A DNA stretch of 63,923 nt, the filler included, from an uncultured Methanosarcinales archaeon (GTDB taxonomy: Archaea > Nanobdellota > Nanobdellia > Woesearchaeales > CAZXZL01): assembly GCA_964645415.1 (NCBI GenBank). It is 4 parts of 4 records of this genome, joined end to end, with 100 filler letters (N's around TTAATTAATTAA, not from the genome) between each part and the next. Parts side by side here need not be neighbours in the genome. Positions count along the whole stretch, not along the records: positions 39,465 to 58,707 come from CAZXZL010000016.1; 3 more parts are not named here. One strand, given 5' to 3'. Numbering within the stretch: the first letter of the stretch is position 1; the number at the start of each line of letters is the position of its first letter. Below, piece after piece: positions 40,604 through 50,347 of this stretch. The notes under the pieces were generated by a model. It saw only the letters and a list, made by a program, of their open reading frames with translations. It did not search any database and was not told where the DNA came from. A program made the position numbers and the translations under genes.

Positions 40604-41728
40604 ATGTTTGTTTATTTAACCATGCTAAATAAATTCATGAAACCTTTGGATTCTTATGATGACTTTCTTTTTAATGATATTAATAAAGTAAAGGATTATG
40701 TGAAGAGATTTAAAAGTAGATATTCAAAGAATAAGAAAAAAAGAGGTCTTTTAATAGTTGGTCCTAGTGGTGTTGGTAAAACTCTTGCTGTAAAAACTGT
40801 ATCTAACTTAGAAGATTATGAACTTAAAGTAGTTTCAAGTGATGAAAAAAGAGATAAAAATAAGATTAAAGAAATTGAAAAAAATAGTGGACAATTTAGC
40901 TTATTTATGAAAAAAAGGTTAGTATTAATTGAGACAATTGAAAGTTTTACAAGGCAAGATAGAGGCGGTTTGAATGAAGTTGGTAGATTTATAAAAAAAT
41001 CTTCTGATCCTATTATTCTTACTGCAAATAATGTTGATCACTATAAATATAATAAAATAAAGAAAAAATGTAAAGTTATAAGATTTGAACCTATTCCTGA
41101 TTCTATAATTTATAAAAAGTTAAAAGAAATATCTAAAATAGAGAATTTTAACATAACTGATAGTAAACTTAAAGTGATTTCTAAAAAAAGTGAAGGTGAT
41201 TTTAGAGGTGCATTAATTAATTTGTTTGTATTTGGAGTTTCAGATACTAAAGATGAAGATAATATTGTTTTAAGAGAGAAAAGAGAACATATCAGAGAAT
41301 TAGTTAAATTATTTTTTTATGCAAATAGTGAGATTATTGAAAATAAATTAATTGATGTTGATGCTGAAAACTTAATATCATGGCTTGATGAAAACTTAAA
41401 AGAAACACAAGAAAACTTAGATCAATCTTATTACTGGTTAAAAAAATCTTCTAACATGATGAAAAATATTAAAGTTACTCAATACTGGAGACTTTTATAT
41501 TATGTTTTTAAATACATTACAAATGTCGCTGACTATGCTAAACCAAATAATAAGACAAAAAAAGGAATAAAAGAATCAAAAATTAACCTTAAGAAATGGT
41601 TTGCTAAAAGAAAATATAAAAAAATGATTGATCATAGTAAAAAAGTTGCAAAAGAATTAAATATTTCAAAGAAAGAGGTTTTAGATAACTATAATCTTTA
41701 TAAAAATATAATAATCGAAGGTGAATAA
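40604..41728 (+). CDS. rfcL: Replication factor C large subunit
   Basis: GPSGVGKT, SDEKR, DRGG, PIILTAN, GDFRGAL, WLDEN, QYWRL. Confidence 0.88.
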   Translation: MFVYLTMLNKFMKPLDSYDDFLFNDINKVKDYVKRFKSRYSKNKKKRGLLIVGPSGVGKTLAVKTVSNLEDYELKVVSSDEKRDKNKIKEIEKNSGQFSLFMKKRLVLIETIESFTRQDRGGLNEVGRFIKKSSDPIILTANNVDHYKYNKIKKKCKVIRFEPIPDSIIYKKLKEISKIENFNITDSKLKVISKKSEGDFRGALINLFVFGVSDTKDEDNIVLREKREHIRELVKLFFYANSEIIENKLIDVDAENLISWLDENLKETQENLDQSYYWLKKSSNMMKNIKVTQYWRLLYYVFKYITNVADYAKPNNKTKKGIKESKINLKKWFAKRKYKKMIDHSKKVAKELNISKKEVLDNYNLYKNIIIEGE

Positions 41729-43226
41729 AATGAAAAAAGAAGTTAAAAACTTAACAAGATTTATGACAGAGAATGGTTTTATTTGGGGACCAAGTCCAGA
41801 GATTTATGGTGGTTTTTCAGGATTTTATGCTTATGCTCCTCTTGGTAAATTACTAAAAGGAAGAGTTGAATCACAGATTAGGAATTTTTTCTCATCAAAT
41901 GATTTTTGGGAAGTTGAGATGCCTACTGTTATGCAAAGAGAAGTTTGGAAAGCATCAGGTCATTTAGATGAATTTAATGATCCTTTGGCAAGTTGTAAAA
42001 GATGTAAAGAAGAATTTGCAGTCGATAAAATTATCGAAAATGAGCTAAATTGTGAATGTCCTGCAAAAATTGATGAAATTAATGAAATGGTTGAAAAAAA
42101 TAATTTAAAATGTCCTGAGTGTGGTGGAAACTTAGGTAAAGCTTCTTTAAAATCATTAATGATAAAAACAGAAGTCGGTGAAAGAGAAGCTTATTTTAGA
42201 CCTGAAACTGCAACAACTACATATCTTCCTTTTAAAAGATATTATCATTACTTTAGAAGAAAATTACCTTTCGGTGTTTTCCAAATTGGAAAAGCTTATA
42301 GGAATGAAATTAGCCCTAGACAACATTTGATAAGAGGAAGAGAGTTTGTTCAAGCAGAAGCACAATTATTTTTATCTGAAGAACAAAAGCACAACTTTGA
42401 TAAAATTGATGACTTAAATAAAGATCAAAAAGTACCTATCTTAAAAGATGATAGTAGTGATTTAATTAAAGTAAAAGTTAGTAAAATGATTAATGACATT
42501 TTAAACAATGAATCTTATGCTTGGGCTTTAATAAAAACTTATAATTTCTTTAGATCCTTAGGTATTTCTGAAGATAAAATTAGATTGAGAAGACATGGTG
42601 ATGATGAGAAAGCATTTTATGCAGATGATGCTTGGGATGTTGAAATTAATATGAACTCTTTTGGATGGATTGAAGTATGTGGTGTTCATGATAGAACAGA
42701 TTATGATTTGAAAAAACATTCAGAACATTCTCATGAAGATCTTAACTTTAAAAAAGATGGTGAAATTATAGAACCACATATTATTGAAATTGCAGCAGGA
42801 GTTGATAGGATTGTTTATTCCATACTTGATTTAAGTTATGAAAAAAGAAAAGAAAGTGAAGGAAAAACAACACTTGAACTTAGTCCTCATATTGCTCCAA
42901 TTCCTATTGCAATATTTCCATTAATTAAAAAAGACGAATTAATTGATGTTGCAGAAGATATTAAAGATGATTTAAATAAAAGATTTGCAGTTTTTTATGA
43001 TGAATCATCAAATATTGGAAAAAGATATCTTAGAGCAAATAAGAAAGGAATTCCTTATGCAGTAACTGTTGATTTTGATACATTAGAAGATAGTACAGTT
43101 ACAATAAGGGACAGAGATACAGAAGAACAAAAAAGAATTAAAATATCAGAAATAAGGGAAATAGTAACTAAACTAGTTGAAAGAGATATGACTTTTGAAG
43201 ATATTGAAAATCAAGAAAATAAATAA
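41721..43226 (+). CDS. glyS: Glycine--tRNA ligase (archaeal/eukaryotic alpha2 type)
   Basis: EIYGG, WKASGH, RPETA, QIGKAYRNEISPR, REF.QAE, C-terminal anticodon-binding domain. Confidence 0.96.
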   Translation: MNKMKKEVKNLTRFMTENGFIWGPSPEIYGGFSGFYAYAPLGKLLKGRVESQIRNFFSSNDFWEVEMPTVMQREVWKASGHLDEFNDPLASCKRCKEEFAVDKIIENELNCECPAKIDEINEMVEKNNLKCPECGGNLGKASLKSLMIKTEVGEREAYFRPETATTTYLPFKRYYHYFRRKLPFGVFQIGKAYRNEISPRQHLIRGREFVQAEAQLFLSEEQKHNFDKIDDLNKDQKVPILKDDSSDLIKVKVSKMINDILNNESYAWALIKTYNFFRSLGISEDKIRLRRHGDDEKAFYADDAWDVEINMNSFGWIEVCGVHDRTDYDLKKHSEHSHEDLNFKKDGEIIEPHIIEIAAGVDRIVYSILDLSYEKRKESEGKTTLELSPHIAPIPIAIFPLIKKDELIDVAEDIKDDLNKRFAVFYDESSNIGKRYLRANKKGIPYAVTVDFDTLEDSTVTIRDRDTEEQKRIKISEIREIVTKLVERDMTFEDIENQENK

Positions 43227-43272
43227 TTTTTTTCTTTTTTTTCTTATTTCTTCATTTCTTTATTTATCTTAT

Positions 43273-44469
43273 TTAAAAATCTAATATTTTTAATTGATTT
43301 ACTTTTTTAGCAAAGTCTGGAAATATCATTCCTTCATCTTCAGGAGATTTAATAAAACCTTTTTCCATCATTTCTTCTATTAATTCAACGTAATTAAATG
43401 AAACTCTTCCAGTAAATAAAACTTTATAACTACCATTATAGTTTTTAATTTCTTCAAGTCCTTCAAAATAGATATGATCTTTAATACAACCTCCACCACG
43501 ATGAGCTCTCATTGAAATCTCCCAACTCATCTCTTCATCTAAATCATAACTTCTAAGTTTTTTAAAAGTACTTTTAAATGAATTTCCTTCAAGAACGTTA
43601 TAAACAGCTAAACATCTCACAGCATACTTTTTTAATTTAAAATCATTTAAACAATCTTTAGTTCTTTCAAAATACGTTGCAAGTCCTTCATTTGTTTTTG
43701 ATTGTAAAGGGAATCCAAAATTAAATATTTTGAATGGTTGTTTAGCACCATTATTTGCTAACACTGCATGGACTCCAACTTCATGTACCGCAAGACTATT
43801 TAATATGTTTTTTGGATACATTCTATTTCCAATCTTTATTTCTTTTGATAAAGAAGAAGTAAGAGTAGCTCTTTTTTTCTTTGAGATTTTACAAATCCAA
43901 CCATCTTTATCTAACCCATATTCTTTAATTTTGTCATACATCACTTTTTTTACATATTCTGGTTTAATATCACTTTTGGGAGATTCACATTTTTTTAAGT
44001 TATTTAAAACATCTTTTGCCTTTCTTACTGTATCTTCACTTGGAATTCCGTATATTTTTGCAGTCTCTTCTTTGATTATTTTAGAATTACCTAAATTATT
44101 TAATATCTTAATTTTAGCAAAAATATTTTTTACAACATTTAAATATGGAATAGATAACTTTCTCAATGTTTTATTTATCTTTTTGTTAGAAAATTTAACT
44201 TTATAATCATACATTCTTTCAATTCCTTCTGCCATATTTTTTAATCTATAATCTGGCTTAATTGGGATTACTATTTTTTTAAATGACTTTCTAACTTCTT
44301 TTTCATTAAAATTTGGATTAGTTCGATACTCAAAATTAGGTTCTTTTTGTTCTTTTAGAAATTTTTCTTTTTCTCTACTTTCATTAATTGGTCTTAAATA
44401 CTTTAAAACTTTTAATTTTCTATTTTGTTTAAGAATGCTTTTTTCTAATTCACTATATGGATTATTCAT
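43273..44469 (-). CDS. DUF1704/MATCAP-like zinc carboxypeptidase
   Basis: HEVGVH (HExxxH), NEGLA, RAHRGG..KDHIYFEG. Confidence 0.85.
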   Translation of the reverse strand: MNNPYSELEKSILKQNRKLKVLKYLRPINESREKEKFLKEQKEPNFEYRTNPNFNEKEVRKSFKKIVIPIKPDYRLKNMAEGIERMYDYKVKFSNKKINKTLRKLSIPYLNVVKNIFAKIKILNNLGNSKIIKEETAKIYGIPSEDTVRKAKDVLNNLKKCESPKSDIKPEYVKKVMYDKIKEYGLDKDGWICKISKKKRATLTSSLSKEIKIGNRMYPKNILNSLAVHEVGVHAVLANNGAKQPFKIFNFGFPLQSKTNEGLATYFERTKDCLNDFKLKKYAVRCLAVYNVLEGNSFKSTFKKLRSYDLDEEMSWEISMRAHRGGGCIKDHIYFEGLEEIKNYNGSYKVLFTGRVSFNYVELIEEMMEKGFIKSPEDEGMIFPDFAKKVNQLKILDF

Positions 44470-44601
44470 ATTTAAACTTAAAAAAATCGGTATAAATATT
44501 TTTCTTATATTATTAGCCTATAATATCTAGTTGAGAATAAATTAATAATTTTTTTGAGGTAATTTTTTATAATTTTTATTTTTAACATTAATGTATACAA
44601 A

Positions 44602-44907
44602 ATGAAAGATGATTCTAAAAAAAATTTGGTAACAGAAGAGAAGTTAGATAAATACATAAAAACTACAAAAAAAGCATTAAAAAAGGCAGAAATCTGTGTA
44701 CCTAAAAAAACTCATTTTTATAAAATTGCTAAAGATATAAAGAAAATGGCAAAAGATTATCTAAATGATTCTGAATACTTTAAAAAACAAGGAGACTATA
44801 TTAGGTCTTTTGGTGCAATTAATTACGCTCATGGTTGGCTTGACAGTGGAGCAAGACAAGGTTATTTCGATGTTGATCATGATAATAAACTTTTTACAGT
44901 AGATTGA
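44602..44907 (+). CDS. DUF357 protein
   Basis: MAKDYLNDSEYF..GD...FGAINYAHGWLDSG. Confidence 0.92.
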   Translation: MKDDSKKNLVTEEKLDKYIKTTKKALKKAEICVPKKTHFYKIAKDIKKMAKDYLNDSEYFKKQGDYIRSFGAINYAHGWLDSGARQGYFDVDHDNKLFTVD

Positions 44908-45896
44908 TATTTATGAAAGAAATTGTCGATTTAATCTCAAAGGAATTTGAAATAAAAAAAACTACTAATTCTTCTAAACTTAATATTAAAGCAAAAAACT
45001 TTCCTTTAAAAGAATCTAATTTTAAAAAAATATTAGATACTAATCATTCAAATAAATTAATGTTTGTAGACGGAGGTAACTCTAATATTTTTGATAATGG
45101 TGCATTATCTACTGATTTTTTGAGAATTGCAAATGTAAAATATCGATTGAAAGATAAAAATTTAAAGTTAAAAAATGTTGAAAAAAAAGATTACCTCTTG
45201 ATAACAAAAGTAAAAAATGAGAAGTATCATTGCCGTTTATTTGATTTTAATAATAGTAAACTGATTGATAATTTCATAATTAATCCTAAAGATCCTTCTT
45301 TAAGATATGGAAGAGATATGATGCCAATTTCTTCTACATCTTCCTTAATTAGAAGAATACTTGAAATAAAAGAATTTTATAAAGAAAATGATTCTCTTCT
45401 TGTAATTGATGGAAGTTTAGATTATAAAAAAGAACCAATAAAACCTTATATGCAAAAATTATTTAAAAATATTAAAGAAAATAACTGTAACCTTGTTGGA
45501 ATATCTAAGACAACAAAGTTAATTACAAAAAATGATGAATCTGTTCAATCTTTTTTAAAAAGGTTAAATTTTGAAAAATCCTTCATTAAAGCTTCTGAAA
45601 AAGAAAATTTTAGTATTTATTTTGCAAACTTTCATCCAAGATCAAAAATATTTAGGGTAGATTTATTTAATGAAAACACTAAAGATAGCTCTAAAGTTTT
45701 TTCAATATTAAAAAACATTAGTAATGATTCAAGTTTTTTAGGATATCCTTATGGTTTAATAAAAGTAGATGAATTTGCAAGAATCACAAATAAAGAGATT
45801 TCCTTAATTAAGTCTTTTATTAGAGCAACTAACAATAAAAACCTTTTTTCTTCAGACAATAATGCTCATAATGTTTTAGATACTATGAAATTTTGA
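44904..45896 (+). CDS. nurA: NurA nuclease
   Basis: FVDGG, RILE, IDGSL, GISK, GYPYGL..DEFARI. Confidence 0.88.
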   Translation: MIFMKEIVDLISKEFEIKKTTNSSKLNIKAKNFPLKESNFKKILDTNHSNKLMFVDGGNSNIFDNGALSTDFLRIANVKYRLKDKNLKLKNVEKKDYLLITKVKNEKYHCRLFDFNNSKLIDNFIINPKDPSLRYGRDMMPISSTSSLIRRILEIKEFYKENDSLLVIDGSLDYKKEPIKPYMQKLFKNIKENNCNLVGISKTTKLITKNDESVQSFLKRLNFEKSFIKASEKENFSIYFANFHPRSKIFRVDLFNENTKDSSKVFSILKNISNDSSFLGYPYGLIKVDEFARITNKEISLIKSFIRATNNKNLFSSDNNAHNVLDTMKF

Positions 45897-45935
45897 AAAG
45901 TTAATTTTATATAAATAAAGAATCAAATTATTAAT

Positions 45936-46418
45936 ATGAAACATCAAGAAAAAATAGAGGATAAGTTAAAAGATGCTGAAAAATTTTTAAAAAATACAAA
46001 TCATCTTATTAATGTAACATATCCTTTAGTTGAAGATGGAAAACTTCTTTTAGGAGTTGTAGAAAATTTATTCCTTGCTTCAACTTGTTCTATAGAGTCT
46101 CTTTTAATTTTAGAAAGATCTAAAAAAAATATTCCTCCATTTCATGACTCTTTTGAATCAAAATATCGTGTATTTAATGAAAACATTTTACAAAAATATC
46201 GTTTTGATGAAAAAGAATTAGAAACAATTCGTGAAATAAAAGATATCCTGATGAAACATAAAGAGAGTTCAATTGAATTCTCAAGAAAAGAAAAGTTTGT
46301 TATTTGGGATGACGACTATGATGCAACAACTTTAAAGTATGATAAGGTGAAACATTTTTATAATATCGTTAATACCTTTTATAATAAAGTGAAAGCTTTG
46401 GTGAAAAATAATGACTGA
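45936..46418 (+). CDS. Hypothetical helical (HEPN-like) protein
   Basis: 160 aa; similar N-terminal pattern to the next ORF. Confidence 0.6.
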   Translation: MKHQEKIEDKLKDAEKFLKNTNHLINVTYPLVEDGKLLLGVVENLFLASTCSIESLLILERSKKNIPPFHDSFESKYRVFNENILQKYRFDEKELETIREIKDILMKHKESSIEFSRKEKFVIWDDDYDATTLKYDKVKHFYNIVNTFYNKVKALVKNND

Positions 46419-46902
46419 ATATTTAGATTCTCTCGAAACAGCTTTAAGCGAACTTAAAAGGGCAGAACATTCAATTTATGTGAGTTTAAGGTATGCTAGA
46501 AATGTTGAGATTATGGAAAGTATTATTGAAAGAATTGTGAAGTCTTATGAGTCTATTTTTAATTCATTGTATTACTTTAAACTCGAAGAGGACGGTATTG
46601 AAAAGAAAGAAACTATTCGTGAAAGGATAGATATTATTAATAAACTTGAAGAAGAACATTGTTTAGATCAAGCGTCAAATTTTTATGAATTTATTAGACA
46701 TTTAAAAAACCAAAAGAACCTAATTGAAAATAGATATAGACGTTTCTTTGGTATTATATATTTCTTAGAAAATAATTATATTTACATGCTTGATATAGAC
46801 CAAATGAAAGAGTGGCTTGAATTATTGAAAAAACATTTCTTATCTGCTCAAGATATTATCTTGAGTGAGGAAGAATCTGTAAGAGGTAATGTAGGAGAAT
46901 GA
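46411..46902 (+). CDS. Hypothetical helical (HEPN-like) protein
   Basis: ALSELKRAEHSIYVSLRY; overlaps both neighbours. Confidence 0.6.
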   Translation: MTEYLDSLETALSELKRAEHSIYVSLRYARNVEIMESIIERIVKSYESIFNSLYYFKLEEDGIEKKETIRERIDIINKLEEEHCLDQASNFYEFIRHLKNQKNLIENRYRRFFGIIYFLENNYIYMLDIDQMKEWLELLKKHFLSAQDIILSEEESVRGNVGE

Positions 46903-47642
46903 ATATATTAGGAATATTTTCATCCAAAGGAGGTGTTGGAAAATCAACTGTTTCAGTTAACTTAGCTGTTTCCTTATCTCGTTTTGGTAGAAATGTTTCT
47001 TTAATAGATTTTAAAGGTGGAAGTCCTCATTTATCACATTTTTTTGGAAATGAAAGTATTCCTGGATTAAGTGAGCTTAGTAGTGGGGATTTATCGGGAG
47101 ATGAAGTAATATATGCTTATGATCCTACTTTAAAAGTTATTCCTGGTGGATTAAATAAAATAAATGAAATTAACTTAAATACATTTGATCCTTTCATAAA
47201 ACAAATAAAGAATTCTTCTGAGATTGTTATTTTTGATATGCCAAGTTATCATACTTCTATTTATGATCAAGTAATAGATTATGTTGATTATGGTATTTTA
47301 GTATCTAATTTAAATCGTACTAGTTTAAATAATTCATTAGAGATGATAAATAATATTAAAAACGATGTATCTTTTTTAGGAACCTTCATTAATAATAATA
47401 CAAAAAAGAAGTTTAAAAGAGAATCAATTGATAGTGATTATAATTTATTATTATACATACCTTATTCTTCAAAATTTGAGAAATCTTATGATGATGGAGT
47501 TCCTTTCATTGAAAAATACTACGATCACGATATTTCTTATGATTTTAAAGAGTTTTCTGCTCAATTAATTGGAGAAAATTATGAGATGAGTCGTAATATT
47601 AGTTTTAAACGTCTTTTTGAGCGTTTTATTAGTAAAATTTAA
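46899..47642 (+). CDS. MinD/ParA family ATPase
   Basis: Deviant Walker A KGGVGKST, LIDF, VIPGG, IFDMP, G.P. Confidence 0.9.
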   Translation: MNILGIFSSKGGVGKSTVSVNLAVSLSRFGRNVSLIDFKGGSPHLSHFFGNESIPGLSELSSGDLSGDEVIYAYDPTLKVIPGGLNKINEINLNTFDPFIKQIKNSSEIVIFDMPSYHTSIYDQVIDYVDYGILVSNLNRTSLNNSLEMINNIKNDVSFLGTFINNNTKKKFKRESIDSDYNLLLYIPYSSKFEKSYDDGVPFIEKYYDHDISYDFKEFSAQLIGENYEMSRNISFKRLFERFISKI

Positions 47643-47766
47643 CTTTTTTATCTCACTTTCTGCTTTCTAATATTCAACTTTACATATTCTATTATGTTAT
47701 TTTAATTACTTTATAATTAGTTTCTTCCTTTTAGTTAATTTAATTATCAATTTACCTTATTTATTG

Positions 47767-47980
<214 letters not shown>

Positions 47981-48100
47981 TCTAATTGCTTATTATAAAT
48001 CTAAATTCTTTTTGATATATTGTTAATTTTTTGATATAATATATATTCTATTTTTAGTAATTAAATTTGATTGTTTTTATTTGTATTCTTTAAATTTTTG

Positions 48101-48487
48101 TTTGTGTTCATGTGTTCAATCACTGTTCATTTGTGTTCATGTGTTCAATTACTGTTCATTTGTGTTCATGTGTTCAATCACTGTTCATTTGTGTTCATGT
48201 GTTGTTCAAAGTCCTTTATGTCTATTTTATGTGTGTTAGAGGCTTTCTCTCTTTTTGTGTTCATTGTTGTTCATTACTGTTCAAACATTATTGAACACTG
48301 TTTGAACGTTCATGAACAGTTCATGAACACTCTTGAACACTCTTGAACAGAAGATTTGTATTTGTTTTCTCATATTAGTTTTATTGTCGTTTTATGTAGG
48401 TTTTAGCTATTTTGTGATTATTTGAATATTTTGAACACTGTTCATGAACACCTTTGAACACTCTTGAACACTGTTCAAATTATGAAC
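48101..48487. repeat. Phased TGTTCA/TGAACA array including three 29-bp tandem units
   Basis: tttgtgttcatgtgttcaat(c/t)actgttca at 48101, 48130 and 48159; about 25 hexamers spaced 8-11 bp, with orientation flip near 48285. Confidence 0.92.
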
Positions 48488-48581
48488 TTATTTTGAAAAG
48501 AATTTATTTGTTTTTAATCAAACTTATTTAGAATTTCAATACAAATAATTTTATTAAGAACATTGATTTTAAGTTTATAAT

Positions 48582-49619
48582 ATGAAAAAAGGAATGAATT
48601 TTCTTGAAATAAATACTATTAAAGAAGAGATTGAAGAAATGATGCCTATTAGATTTGGTCAAATTTATCAAATTGATGATACTTTTTTAGTAAAGTTAAA
48701 AAAAGGATATTATATTAGAATTATTCTTCCTAATTTAATCTATTTATCTCATAAAAGAGAAAATATTGATAGAAGTGGTAACTTTGCTCTTTTCTTGAGA
48801 AGAAGAATAAAGGGAGCATATGTAAAAGAAGTGAAACAATTGAGAAGTGAGAGAATTGTTTATTTTAAACTAGTCTCTAAAGGCAAGGTTTTCTTTTTAT
48901 TTGTAGAACTATTTAGTAAGGGAAATATTATTCTTACTAATGAAGATAAAGAAATTATTGGTGCTTATCATTCAAAAATAGGTAGTAGTAGCTTTGAGAA
49001 AGGAGAAACTTATAATCTTGATAATCCTTATGATAATCTCTTTGAACTTTCTGAAAAAGACTTTAATGAAAAGTTTGAAGATGTAGATCTTTTTGAAGTG
49101 ATAAAAGGTGGTTTTGGAAAAGTTTTAGCACATGAGATATCTCTTAATGAAGATAAATCAAGGTATGAAAACTGGAAGGAGTTACTTTCACGTGAGAGAA
49201 AAGGAATACAGTATTTTGAAGAAGGGGAAGATGAGGATATTAAGGACATTTCACCAATAGAATTGAATTATTATTCTAATCTTAAAAAGAAAGAATTTGA
49301 TACATTCTCTGCTGCTTTAGATGACTTAACTAAGAGATTTTATGAAGTAGAAAATAAAGAAAAAAAAGCTTTAAAAAAATCTCTTCGAGATCAAAAAGGA
49401 AGAATTGATGAAATTAATGATGGTGTGAAGTTAAATAAGAAAAAAGCTGAGTTTTTATATCATAACTATCAAGAGATAGAAGAGATTTTAAAGATGATGA
49501 GAAAAAAGTTTGAAAAAGAAGGTGTTGATGGTTTAAAGAATTTCTTAAAAGAAAATAACATTCCATTTAAAAATATTAATTCAAAAGAAAAATCTGTTGT
49601 TTTAGAGTTTGATGATTAA
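48582..49619 (+). CDS. Rqc2/NFACT family protein, N-terminal domains only
   Basis: FALFLRRRIKGA, ERIV, VELFSKGNIIL, FDTFSAALDD, coiled coil; no NFACT-R domain. Confidence 0.85.
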   Translation: MKKGMNFLEINTIKEEIEEMMPIRFGQIYQIDDTFLVKLKKGYYIRIILPNLIYLSHKRENIDRSGNFALFLRRRIKGAYVKEVKQLRSERIVYFKLVSKGKVFFLFVELFSKGNIILTNEDKEIIGAYHSKIGSSSFEKGETYNLDNPYDNLFELSEKDFNEKFEDVDLFEVIKGGFGKVLAHEISLNEDKSRYENWKELLSRERKGIQYFEEGEDEDIKDISPIELNYYSNLKKKEFDTFSAALDDLTKRFYEVENKEKKALKKSLRDQKGRIDEINDGVKLNKKKAEFLYHNYQEIEEILKMMRKKFEKEGVDGLKNFLKENNIPFKNINSKEKSVVLEFDD

Positions 49620-49622
49620 CAT

Positions 49623-50339
49623 ATGAAAGCCATTATATTAGCTGCTGGAAAAGGTAAAAGATTAAGACCTTTAACTAAAAAAATTCCTAAACCTTTAGTT
49701 AAAGTATCAGGTTTTCCAATTTTAAGTTATCAAATAAATGCTTTAATTAATTTAGATATTACTAATATAATTATTTGTGTCGGTTATAAAGGTAAAAAAA
49801 TTATTGAATTTTGTAATTCAAATTATTCAAATGTTGATTTTACTTTTATAAATAAATCTAATCTTCAATCTACTAATAACTTATATAGTCTTTATTTAGC
49901 TGAAAAATATTTGAAAAAAGATATCCTTTTAATGAATGGAGATGTTATTTTTGATAAAGAAATATTAGAAGGTATGATTAAAAAACCTTATAGTCAAATT
50001 GCAGTAGATAAAAATAATTATCTTAAAGAGTCAATGAAAATAAAGCTAGATGATTCAGGTTATGTTAAATCAATTTCAAAAGAGATTTCTGAAGAACATT
50101 CTTATGGGTCTTCTATCGATATTTATTTAATTAAGGAAAATGAATTAATTTTTTTTAAAGAAATAATGAAAAAAATTATTGAAATAGATAAAAAACTTGA
50201 TGTTTGGACAGAATTTGCTTTAAATAAAACATTAAAAAATGAAAATGTTTGTTTTTTACCTTTTGAGATAAATGATTTAAATTGGATTGAAATTGATGAT
50301 TATGATGACCTTAATAAGTCTAAAGACCTTTTTAATTAA
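49623..50339 (+). CDS. Phosphocholine cytidylyltransferase (LicC)-like nucleotidyltransferase
   Basis: ILAAGKGKRL..PKPL, TNNLYSL, NGDV, WIEIDD.DDL. Confidence 0.85.
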   Translation: MKAIILAAGKGKRLRPLTKKIPKPLVKVSGFPILSYQINALINLDITNIIICVGYKGKKIIEFCNSNYSNVDFTFINKSNLQSTNNLYSLYLAEKYLKKDILLMNGDVIFDKEILEGMIKKPYSQIAVDKNNYLKESMKIKLDDSGYVKSISKEISEEHSYGSSIDIYLIKENELIFFKEIMKKIIEIDKKLDVWTEFALNKTLKNENVCFLPFEINDLNWIEIDDYDDLNKSKDLFN

Positions 50340-50347
50340 TTTTTTGT

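Noticed and set aside
48101..48208. 29-bp repeats as a CRISPR array
   Set aside because: Units are directly tandem with no spacers, and no cas genes are present.
48432..48477. GAAC...GTTC as a Gram-positive LexA box
   Set aside because: Spacer is 3 rather than 4 nt, the context is archaeal, and the motif belongs to a larger array.
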